DNA of 44,059 bases from Frankiaceae bacterium (GTDB taxonomy: Bacteria; Actinomycetota; Actinomycetes; JAFAQI01), in assembly GCA_025929315.1 (NCBI GenBank), contig JAICMI010000005.1, positions 1 to 44,059 of the forward strand, given 5' to 3'. Below are positions 36,939 through 44,059 of the stretch, piece after piece; positions within the stretch are counted from its first letter, which is position 1; every line of letters starts with the position of its first letter. The position numbers and the translations under genes were made by a program. The notes under the pieces were generated by a model. It had not been told where the DNA came from. It saw only the letters and a program-made list of their open reading frames with translations, and made no database searches.

Positions 36939-38591
36939 TCAGTCGCGGCGCAAGAGGAGTGCGCCGGTGGGCATGCCGCCACCGGCGCTGACGGCGGCGA
37001 TCCGCGCGTCAGCAACTTGCCTGTCACCGGCGTCGCCGCGCAGCTGCAGGACCGCCTCGTGCAGGAACCCGTAGCCGTGGGTGCGGCCGGCGGAGAGCTG
37101 CCCGCCGTGCGTGTTGAGCGGAAGCTCGCCGCCGAGCGCGATCCGCTTGCCGCCGTCGAGGAAGTCCTTGGCCTCACCGACGCCGCAGAAGCCGAGGGCT
37201 TCCAACCACGTGAGGGCGTTGAACGAGAAGCCGTCGTAGAGCTCGGCCACGTCGACCTCGTGCGGGCGCAACGTCGTACGGCTCCATAGGTGCGCGGCCG
37301 GTCCGAACGCACCCGGCATGTGCGTCAGGGTGCCCTGGTCCCACGAGTGCCGCTCGGTGGTCTGTGTGCCGACCGCCTCGACGAAGACGGGCTTGGACGC
37401 AAGGTTGGGTACGGCGTCCGCCGCGGAGATCACCACCGCGATGGCGCCGTCGCACGGCACGTCACAGTCGTAGAGACCGAACGGTGTGCTGATCATGCGG
37501 GCGTCGAGGTAGTCGTCCATCGTCAACGGCTCGGTGTAGATCGCGTCGGGGTTGAACGCGGCGTTGGCGCGAGCATTGAGCGAGATCCAGCCGAGCGTCT
37601 CGCGGGTTGCGCCGAATCGCGCGAAGTACTGCGACGCATTCATTGCGAGCCACATCGCCGCACTCGTCCCGCCGAACGGGATGCGCCACTGCATGTCACC
37701 GCCGATGCGTCCGCCGCTGGGCGGCGGAAGCTGACCGCTGCGCATCAGTTGGGTGCCGGTGGCTTCCCAGACGGTGCGGAAGCACAGCACGTGCCGACAC
37801 AAGCCGCTCGCGACTGCGAGCATCGCGGTGATGACCGAGCCCAGCTGCCCCGAGGTCTCGAGGGTGCCGTTGTGCCAGGTGGGATGGATCCGCAACGCCT
37901 CTTCTACCGCGGGGATGCCGCCCTCGTGGAACCCGACCGGGCCGATCGACCCGCCCGGGTAGGTCGACAGGCCGTCGATGTCGGCCATCGTGAGACCTGC
38001 ATCCTCGACAGCTGCCTTGCACGCGTCGACGGTCAACGACAGGCCCCGTCGCATCAGCCGCCGGCCGATCTGCGACATGCCGATGCCGGTGATCGCGACC
38101 TTGTCCTCGAACTTGTCGGGGCTCGCCGGCGGGCGGATGTTGACGACCGGCAGCGGTGGGTCCGGGACCGCGTGGTCAGAACCGTCGGGATCGGGCTCGA
38201 ACAGCGGAATCCAGACGTCGTCCTGCTGCTCGAAAGTCACCCGCACCGGCATGCCGATCTGCACGTCGTGCGGATCGCAGCCGACGACGTTGGTCGTCAG
38301 CCGAACGTCCGGCGCGTCCGTCAGCGCGACGATCGCCAGCGAGTAGGGCGGCGGCATCGACGGCAGCCACATCTGCTCGTTGGTGGTGCAAGCGACGACG
38401 ACCGCCGTGCCCGCGACCGCCGTCCACCGCAGGTCACTGCTCTGGCAGTGCGGGCACACTGCGTGCGACGGATGCAGCCGCTGGCCGCAGTTGTTGCACT
38501 CGGGCAGCCGCAGCTCGCCGTCGGCGCCACCGGTCCAGAACGGCGCCGTCCAGCCGCCGGCGACAGGCAACGGCCGTACGACGTCGCTCAT
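36939..38591 (-). CDS. DUF35 (Zn-ribbon/OB-fold)-thiolase-like (SCP-x type) fusion protein
   Basis: CNNC...CPHC, RLTTNVV, IGMPVRVTF, then VAITGIGMS, YDC...DGA, ELYDGFS, NTHGGQLS; ATG at 38591. Confidence 0.9.
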   Translation of the reverse strand: MSDVVRPLPVAGGWTAPFWTGGADGELRLPECNNCGQRLHPSHAVCPHCQSSDLRWTAVAGTAVVVACTTNEQMWLPSMPPPYSLAIVALTDAPDVRLTTNVVGCDPHDVQIGMPVRVTFEQQDDVWIPLFEPDPDGSDHAVPDPPLPVVNIRPPASPDKFEDKVAITGIGMSQIGRRLMRRGLSLTVDACKAAVEDAGLTMADIDGLSTYPGGSIGPVGFHEGGIPAVEEALRIHPTWHNGTLETSGQLGSVITAMLAVASGLCRHVLCFRTVWEATGTQLMRSGQLPPPSGGRIGGDMQWRIPFGGTSAAMWLAMNASQYFARFGATRETLGWISLNARANAAFNPDAIYTEPLTMDDYLDARMISTPFGLYDCDVPCDGAIAVVISAADAVPNLASKPVFVEAVGTQTTERHSWDQGTLTHMPGAFGPAAHLWSRTTLRPHEVDVAELYDGFSFNALTWLEALGFCGVGEAKDFLDGGKRIALGGELPLNTHGGQLSAGRTHGYGFLHEAVLQLRGDAGDRQVADARIAAVSAGGGMPTGALLLRRD

Positions 38592-38605
38592 CCGAAAGTG
38601 CGCAG

Positions 38606-40069
38606 CTAGGCCAGCGGACCAGCGATGGCTTTGGTCTCGAGGTACTGCTCGAAACCTTCGATGCCGTTCTGGCGCCCCAGACCGCTCGCCTTGTAGCCAC
38701 CGAACGGCGACTCGGCGCCGTACCAGACTCCGCCGTTGACGGACATGGTGCCGGAGCGGATACGACGCGCGACGGAGAGCGCTCGCTCTTCGGAGGCGGA
38801 CGTCACCGCGCCCGACAGGCCGTAGGGGCTGTCGTTGGCGATGCGCACGGCGTCGTCGTCGTCTTCGTAGGCAATGACGACGCCCACCGGGCCGAAGATC
38901 TCTTCCTGCGCGATCGTCATCGAGTTGTCGACGTCGGCGAACAGCGTCGGCTCCACGAAGAACCCCTTGTCGAACTGTCCGGGCCGATTGCCACCGAGCA
39001 CGAGCCGCGCGCCCTCGTCGACGCCCTTCTTGATGTAGCCCAGCACTCGCTCGCGCTGCTTGGCGCTGATCAGCGGACCCATGAAGTTGTTGGCATCGGT
39101 CGGGTCGCCGTAGGTGACGGACTCGAAGCCGGTCTTCACGATCTCGAGGCCTTCGTCGTAGCGCGAGCGCGGCAGCAGCAGCCGGGTCTGCATCGCGCAG
39201 CCCTGGCCGGCGTGGGTGCAGACGCCTGCCCATGCCATCGCGAGCGCAGCCGTGAAGTCGGCGTCGTCGAGGACGATGTTGGCGCTCTTGCCCCCGAGCT
39301 CGAGGAACAGCCGTTTGAGGGTCGGCGCACCGTGCTCCATGATCCGGCGACCGGTCGCGGTCGAACCGGTGAACGAGATGACGTCGACGCGGGGGTCTTC
39401 GACGAGCTGCTCACCGAGCAGGTGGTCGGCGGACGTCACGACGTTGACGACACCCGGGGGAATGTCGGTGCGCTCAGCGATCAAGCGGCCGATGCGTGTC
39501 GCGTTCCACGGTGTGTCCGGCGCGGGCTTGAGAACGACCGTGTTGCCCGTGGCGAGCGCTTGCCCGAGCTTGTTGATGATGATCTCGAACGGGTAGTTCC
39601 ACGGCGTGATCGCGCCGACGACGCCGATCGGCTCCTTGACGACGCGGCGCCACGAGTTCATGCCGAACGCGTCACCGTTGGGGAGCTGGCGTTCCCACTC
39701 GAAGGTGTCGATCTGGGCCATCGGCCACAGCAGACCGTCGGACAGCGGTGCGTCGAGCTGCGGCCCGTAGGTCATCAGGACCGGCGTGCCGACCTCGGCG
39801 ACGAGCTCCTCGCGGATGAGCTCCCGCTCTTCTTCGAGTGCGGTCTGGAGCTGCTGAAGGCAGCGCTTGCGGAGCCCACCGTTGGTCGACCAGTCGGTGG
39901 TGTCGAATGCGCGCCGAGCCGCTGCAATCGCGGCGTCCATGTCGTCGCGCGTCGCGTCGGCCGTCGAGCCGAGCACCTCTTCGGTGGCCGGGTTGATGTT
40001 GTCGAATGTCGCCCCGCTGCTCGACTCGACGAGCTTGCCGTCGATGAGGAGCCGCGCCTCCCCCTGCAT
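38606..40069 (-). CDS. Aldehyde dehydrogenase
   Basis: ITPWNYP, FTGSTATG, LELGGKS, GQGC, EEIFGP, PFGGYK; ATG at 40069 overlaps P450 stop. Confidence 0.95.
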   Translation of the reverse strand: MQGEARLLIDGKLVESSSGATFDNINPATEEVLGSTADATRDDMDAAIAAARRAFDTTDWSTNGGLRKRCLQQLQTALEEERELIREELVAEVGTPVLMTYGPQLDAPLSDGLLWPMAQIDTFEWERQLPNGDAFGMNSWRRVVKEPIGVVGAITPWNYPFEIIINKLGQALATGNTVVLKPAPDTPWNATRIGRLIAERTDIPPGVVNVVTSADHLLGEQLVEDPRVDVISFTGSTATGRRIMEHGAPTLKRLFLELGGKSANIVLDDADFTAALAMAWAGVCTHAGQGCAMQTRLLLPRSRYDEGLEIVKTGFESVTYGDPTDANNFMGPLISAKQRERVLGYIKKGVDEGARLVLGGNRPGQFDKGFFVEPTLFADVDNSMTIAQEEIFGPVGVVIAYEDDDDAVRIANDSPYGLSGAVTSASEERALSVARRIRSGTMSVNGGVWYGAESPFGGYKASGLGRQNGIEGFEQYLETKAIAGPLA

Positions 40070-41313
40070 CAGTCGAGCACCGTGACAGGAACGTGCGCGT
40101 AACCCGCGACGTTGGTCATGTTGACCCGCTGCAGACCGCTGCGGTCGACCTCGAACTTGGGCATCCGCTCGCGCATGAGCTCGAGCGCGATCCTGCTCTC
40201 CATGCGGGCGAGCGCGGCGCCGAGACAGCTGTGTACGCCGTAGCCGAAGCCGATGTTCTGGCCCTGCTCGCGCTCGATGTCGAACCGGTCCGGGTCCTTG
40301 TAGACCCGCTCGTCGCGACTGGCGGATCCGTTGATCAGCAGCACCGGCTTGCCGGCGGGGATGGTCACGCCGTGCATCTCGCTGTCCTTGAGCGTGTAAC
40401 GGCAGACGTACTGCGCCGGCGGGTGGTAGCGCAGCAGCTCCTCGACCGCGCCCGGGATCTTGCTCGAGTCGTCGAGGATCTTCTGCCACTGGTCCGGGTT
40501 GTCCGCGAAACAGACCGGCGCGTTGCCGACCAGCTTGGTGACCGTCTCCGCACCTGCACCGCCGAGCAGACTGACGAACCCGACGATCTCGACGTCATCG
40601 AGCGATGTCGTCGTACCGTCCTCGCGCGCGATCTCGGTCTGGATCAGCCGGCTCATCATGTCGTCGCCGGGGTTCTCCCGCTTCTTGACGACGAGGTCGT
40701 AATAGAACATGCCGGCCTCGATGCCGGCGTTCATGCCGTCCTCGGAGACACCGATCTCGCCGGGCGCGCGCGTGAGGCTGCGGTCGAGCCACTTCTTGAT
40801 CTGCTGCCGGCTCTCCTCGGGGACGCCGAGCATCGTGCAGATGATCTCGACCGGGAACTTCTCCGACCAGTCGGCGACGACGTCGAACTTCTTGGCGTCA
40901 ACCTTGTCGAGAAAGCCGGTGATGATGTCGCGCACCGTCGGCTCCATGGCGCCGATCGCGCGCGGGGTGAACACGCGGCTCACGAGGACACGCATCCGGT
41001 TGTGGTCCGGCGGGTCCATCATGATGATCAGCTGCGGCGGCGGCATGTCAGGCCGGTTCAGGAAACCGTTCCTGATGGTGTTGAGGTCGACACCACGCGA
41101 TGACGAGAAGACCTCGAAGTTCTTGTAGGCCGCGGTCACATCCGCATGGCGGCTGATCGCGTAGAAGTCGTACCTCTCGCTGTAGTAGACCGGCGCCTCG
41201 TCCCGCAACCGCTTGTAGGTCGGATAGGGGTCGTTGAAGAAGACGTCGGAGAACGGGTCGAAGTCCAGCGCACCGCCGGAGGCCGACCCGCGGTCGATGT
41301 CGATGGTGGTCAC
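40069..41313 (-). CDS. Cytochrome P450
   Basis: [29 protein letters not shown]. Confidence 0.96.
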   Translation of the reverse strand: MTTIDIDRGSASGGALDFDPFSDVFFNDPYPTYKRLRDEAPVYYSERYDFYAISRHADVTAAYKNFEVFSSSRGVDLNTIRNGFLNRPDMPPPQLIIMMDPPDHNRMRVLVSRVFTPRAIGAMEPTVRDIITGFLDKVDAKKFDVVADWSEKFPVEIICTMLGVPEESRQQIKKWLDRSLTRAPGEIGVSEDGMNAGIEAGMFYYDLVVKKRENPGDDMMSRLIQTEIAREDGTTTSLDDVEIVGFVSLLGGAGAETVTKLVGNAPVCFADNPDQWQKILDDSSKIPGAVEELLRYHPPAQYVCRYTLKDSEMHGVTIPAGKPVLLINGSASRDERVYKDPDRFDIEREQGQNIGFGYGVHSCLGAALARMESRIALELMRERMPKFEVDRSGLQRVNMTNVAGYAHVPVTVLD

Positions 41314-42530
41314 AAGATTTCTCCTTGCTGCTTGTGCCGCTCGATGTCCTCCCAGGACAGGCCAAGTTCGAGGAGAACCATCTCGGTGTGCTGACCGTGC
41401 TCGGGTGCGCCGCTCGGTGTCGACGGCGTCTCGTTGAACTGCACCGGGTTGGCCGGCATGGCGAACGGCGCGCCTTCTGATGAGGTCACCGTCGGGATGT
41501 AGCCGTTGGCAACGACATCAGGGTCGTCGTGCAGCTCGACGGCAGTCTGCATCGGCGCCCACGCGCCGGTGAGGGGCGCGAGCGCTGTTTTCCACTCGTC
41601 GAGGGTCTGCGAACCGAAGCGATCGTCGAGCATCTTGATGAGCTCGACCCGGTTGGTGAACCGGGCACCAGCGTCGGAGAACCGGTCGTCGTCAGCCAGC
41701 TCGCCAAGGCCCATCAGCTGCGCGAACTCGGGCCAGAACTTGTCTGACGTCAACATCATGACCGTGATGTAGCGGCCGTCCTTGGTACGGTAGTTGCCGA
41801 CCAGCGGGTTGGGCGCAGAGTTGCGGTCGAACTTGGGGATCGGCGCCTTGTCGTAGAGCTTGGCCGACGTGACGTCGGGTCCGAGGTTCCACGCGGCGAG
41901 TCCGAGCAGCGACACGTCGACCACCGACGGTTCGCCGGTGCGCTCGCGCTTGAACAGCGCCGCCGCCACACCGCCGGCGATCGTCATGCCGCCCATCACG
42001 TCGCCGAACGCCGGTCGAGGGCCAACCGGATGTGCAGCGTCCTCGGTCGTCAGAGCGGCGGCGATGCCGCCGCGCGACCAGTAGGAGACCCCGTCGTACC
42101 CGGGCTTGTCGGCGTCCGGTCCTTTGGTGCCGTGACCGGTGCCGCGGACGTAGATGATGTCGGGGTTGACCTTGCGGATGTCCTCGACGTCGATGCCGAA
42201 CTTCTTGCGGACACTCGGCAGGAACGACGTCAGGAACACGTCGCTCTGGGCGGCGATCTTGAGCAGGATCTCGCGGCCGCCCTCGGTCGAGAGGTCGATG
42301 CCGATCGAGCGCTTGCCGCGGTTGGGCACCTCGATCATGTAGTTGACGCCACCCGCGCCGGCCGGCACCAGACCGGACGTGATCAGCCCGCGCTGCGGGT
42401 CACCACCGACCGGGTGCTCGACCTTGATGACGTCGGCGCCCCACTCGGCCAGGACCGCGCCCGCGGCGGGTACGAAGGTCCATGCTGCGACCTCGAGAAC
42501 CTTGACGCCGCTGAGAATGTCTGAGGTCAC
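41310..42530 (-). CDS. CaiB/BaiF CoA-transferase family III protein
   Basis: [37 protein letters not shown]; GTG at 42530 overlaps upstream stop. Confidence 0.92.
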   Translation of the reverse strand: MTSDILSGVKVLEVAAWTFVPAAGAVLAEWGADVIKVEHPVGGDPQRGLITSGLVPAGAGGVNYMIEVPNRGKRSIGIDLSTEGGREILLKIAAQSDVFLTSFLPSVRKKFGIDVEDIRKVNPDIIYVRGTGHGTKGPDADKPGYDGVSYWSRGGIAAALTTEDAAHPVGPRPAFGDVMGGMTIAGGVAAALFKRERTGEPSVVDVSLLGLAAWNLGPDVTSAKLYDKAPIPKFDRNSAPNPLVGNYRTKDGRYITVMMLTSDKFWPEFAQLMGLGELADDDRFSDAGARFTNRVELIKMLDDRFGSQTLDEWKTALAPLTGAWAPMQTAVELHDDPDVVANGYIPTVTSSEGAPFAMPANPVQFNETPSTPSGAPEHGQHTEMVLLELGLSWEDIERHKQQGEIL

Positions 42531-43723
42531 GCTGGAACCGGGGCCTTGACCTTCATCAGCTCCATGAGGTTGCCGCCCATGATCTTGGCGACATCGTCGG
42601 CCGGCAGACCCTTGAGGTCGTCCACGTAGGTGATCGGGTCCGAGAGCCCCTCGGGGTGCGGCCAGTCGGAGCCGAACGCGCACCGGTCAGCGCCCATGAT
42701 CTCGACGATCTCGGCGAAGTTCTCCTCCCAGAACGGCGTGATGTAGACGCCGCGCTTGAAGGCCGCGACCGGGTCGTCGACGAAGCCGGCCGGCATCTTG
42801 GCGTAGGTGTCGCCGAGGGACTTGATCAGGCCCTTGACCCAACCGGCGCCGTTCTCGACGGAGATGACGCGGAGCTTGGGGTGGCGCGACAGCGCGCCGT
42901 GGCAGACCAGCGCGGTCATCGCGTCCTCGATCGGGCGCTTGCCCATCGCGATCATGCGGAACGGCGTCGGCTTGAACGGCGTGAACTCCTTGGAGGGCTC
43001 CCACGCGTTGAGGAAGTCGTTGTAGCCGCTGTCCGAGGCGTGCATCGCGACCGGGATGCCGGCGTCCTCGCATGCCTTCCAGAACGGGTCGAACTCCGGC
43101 AGGCCGAACGAGCGGGTGCCGCGGAAGCCGGGCACGGGGGCCGGGCGGACGAGCACCGTGCGGGCGCCGCGCTCGAGACACCACTCGAGCTCTTCGAGCG
43201 CCTTGTCGACGATCGGCAGCGTGATGACCGGCGTCGCGAAGATGCGGTCCTTGTAGTTGAACGACCAGGTCTCGTGCATCCACTCGTTGAGGGCGTGGAT
43301 GACGACGTGGATCGTCTCCGGGTCGTCCTTCATCCGCTCCTCGACCAGGCTGGCGAGGGTCGGGAACATGAGCGAGTAGTCGAGGCCGAGCTCGTCCATG
43401 ACCTCGAGGCGCGGGCCGGGCTCCCGGAACGCCGGGATCGACTTCATGGGCTCACCCATGATCTCGCGGTAGCTCTTCCCCTCCGGGTTGCCGTGGCGGT
43501 AGTAGTCCTCCTGCGCGCCCGGACGAGCCACGACCTCGAAGGTCGGGTTGGGGATGTAGTCGCTGATCTGCCCGCGCACCACGATCTTGGTGCGGCCGCG
43601 AACGTCGACGTAGTCGATGACGTTCTTGTAGGCGTCGGGCAGGAACTTGGTCAGGGCCTCGCGCGGTTCGTAGAAGTGGTTGTCTGCGTCGAAGACCGGA
43701 AAATTCAGTTCGCGAGACGGCAT
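42527..43723 (-). CDS. Amidohydrolase family 2 protein
   Basis: [36 protein letters not shown]. Confidence 0.92.
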   Translation of the reverse strand: MPSRELNFPVFDADNHFYEPREALTKFLPDAYKNVIDYVDVRGRTKIVVRGQISDYIPNPTFEVVARPGAQEDYYRHGNPEGKSYREIMGEPMKSIPAFREPGPRLEVMDELGLDYSLMFPTLASLVEERMKDDPETIHVVIHALNEWMHETWSFNYKDRIFATPVITLPIVDKALEELEWCLERGARTVLVRPAPVPGFRGTRSFGLPEFDPFWKACEDAGIPVAMHASDSGYNDFLNAWEPSKEFTPFKPTPFRMIAMGKRPIEDAMTALVCHGALSRHPKLRVISVENGAGWVKGLIKSLGDTYAKMPAGFVDDPVAAFKRGVYITPFWEENFAEIVEIMGADRCAFGSDWPHPEGLSDPITYVDDLKGLPADDVAKIMGGNLMELMKVKAPVPA

Positions 43724-43755
43724 GAGGACCTCTTGAAGTCGCCTGGTGACGGTGA

Positions 43756-43792
43756 AGAGTGAGCGTCACTCCGTATGAGAAGGACGTTACCA
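43756..43792. promoter_or_regulatory. Tandem candidate operators in divergent promoter region
   Basis: Perfect GAGTGA-GCG-TCACTC palindrome (43757-43771) and TGAGAA-GGACG-TTACCA (43776-43792). Confidence 0.5.
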
Positions 43793-43853
43793 CTTGGTGC
43801 AAGGGGCGTGTAAATAATGGTGTCGCCCCTTTCCGACCGCTTCGGGAGTACCC

Positions 43854-44059
43854 ATGGCCGGCGTCTCGTTCGACAACCTTCGTGCCTGTCTCGAGATGAA
43901 AGAGACGGCTCCTGGCACTTTCGTCGGGGACAACCTCGCGCTGGACTACCACCGGGTCTTCGGCGGCCAGATCCTGGCGCAGGGCATCCTCACCGCCACC
44001 GCGGCTTCGGACGGCAAAGAGGTCAAGTCGCTGACGCAGCTGTTCCCGCGCGAGGGCAA
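43854..44059 (+). CDS. Acyl-CoA thioesterase II (TesB-like), 3' end runs off window
   Basis: Read by hand: MAGVSFDNLRACLEMKETAPGTFVG...RVFGGQILAQG...VKSL; GGGAG RBS. Confidence 0.85.
   Translation, partial: MAGVSFDNLRACLEMKETAPGTFVGDNLALDYHRVFGGQILAQGILTATAASDGKEVKSLTQLFPREG

Noticed and set aside
36939-42683. Long N-terminal extensions on the thiolase, ALDH and CoA-transferase ORFs (also sulfatase 13823 and 3187-3903) suggesting fusions or frameshifts
   Set aside because: The extensions overlap neighbouring genes in another frame; internal starts at or just after the upstream stops explain the layout without recoding
1-44059. Secondary-metabolite biosynthetic cluster (P450s, methyltransferase, ABM)
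   Set aside because: No PKS, NRPS, terpene synthase or RiPP precursor recognised; the enzyme set and importers point to catabolism

Overview
High-GC, actinobacterial-type DNA (the lineage is inferred from gene content) that is almost entirely coding. It is a lipid/aromatic catabolic island containing five amidohydrolase-2 paralogs, two cytochromes P450, a two-domain acyl-CoA dehydrogenase, an AMACR-like and a second family-III CoA-transferase, a DUF35-thiolase fusion, ALDH, ADH, SDR, a sulfatase, an F420-type LLM, an N-acyl-D-amino-acid deacylase-like enzyme, an HD-domain protein, a NYN protein and an MFS carrier. The most striking structure is two divergent copies (1-6582 and 27099-34173) of a Liv/HAAT-type ABC importer. 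Each carries the same uncharacterised accessory genes: a beta-rich exported protein with a C-terminal membrane anchor, and small 2-TM protein(s) ending in an HRPDC...CxxC Ada-like zinc site (two genes in copy 1, one gene in copy 2). A candidate palindromic operator (TGAGAA-N5-TTCTCA-like) recurs in several intergenic regions, but no regulator gene lies in the window. No rRNA, tRNA, CRISPR array, transposase or integrase was recognised. All family calls come from motifs read by eye, not from database searches.
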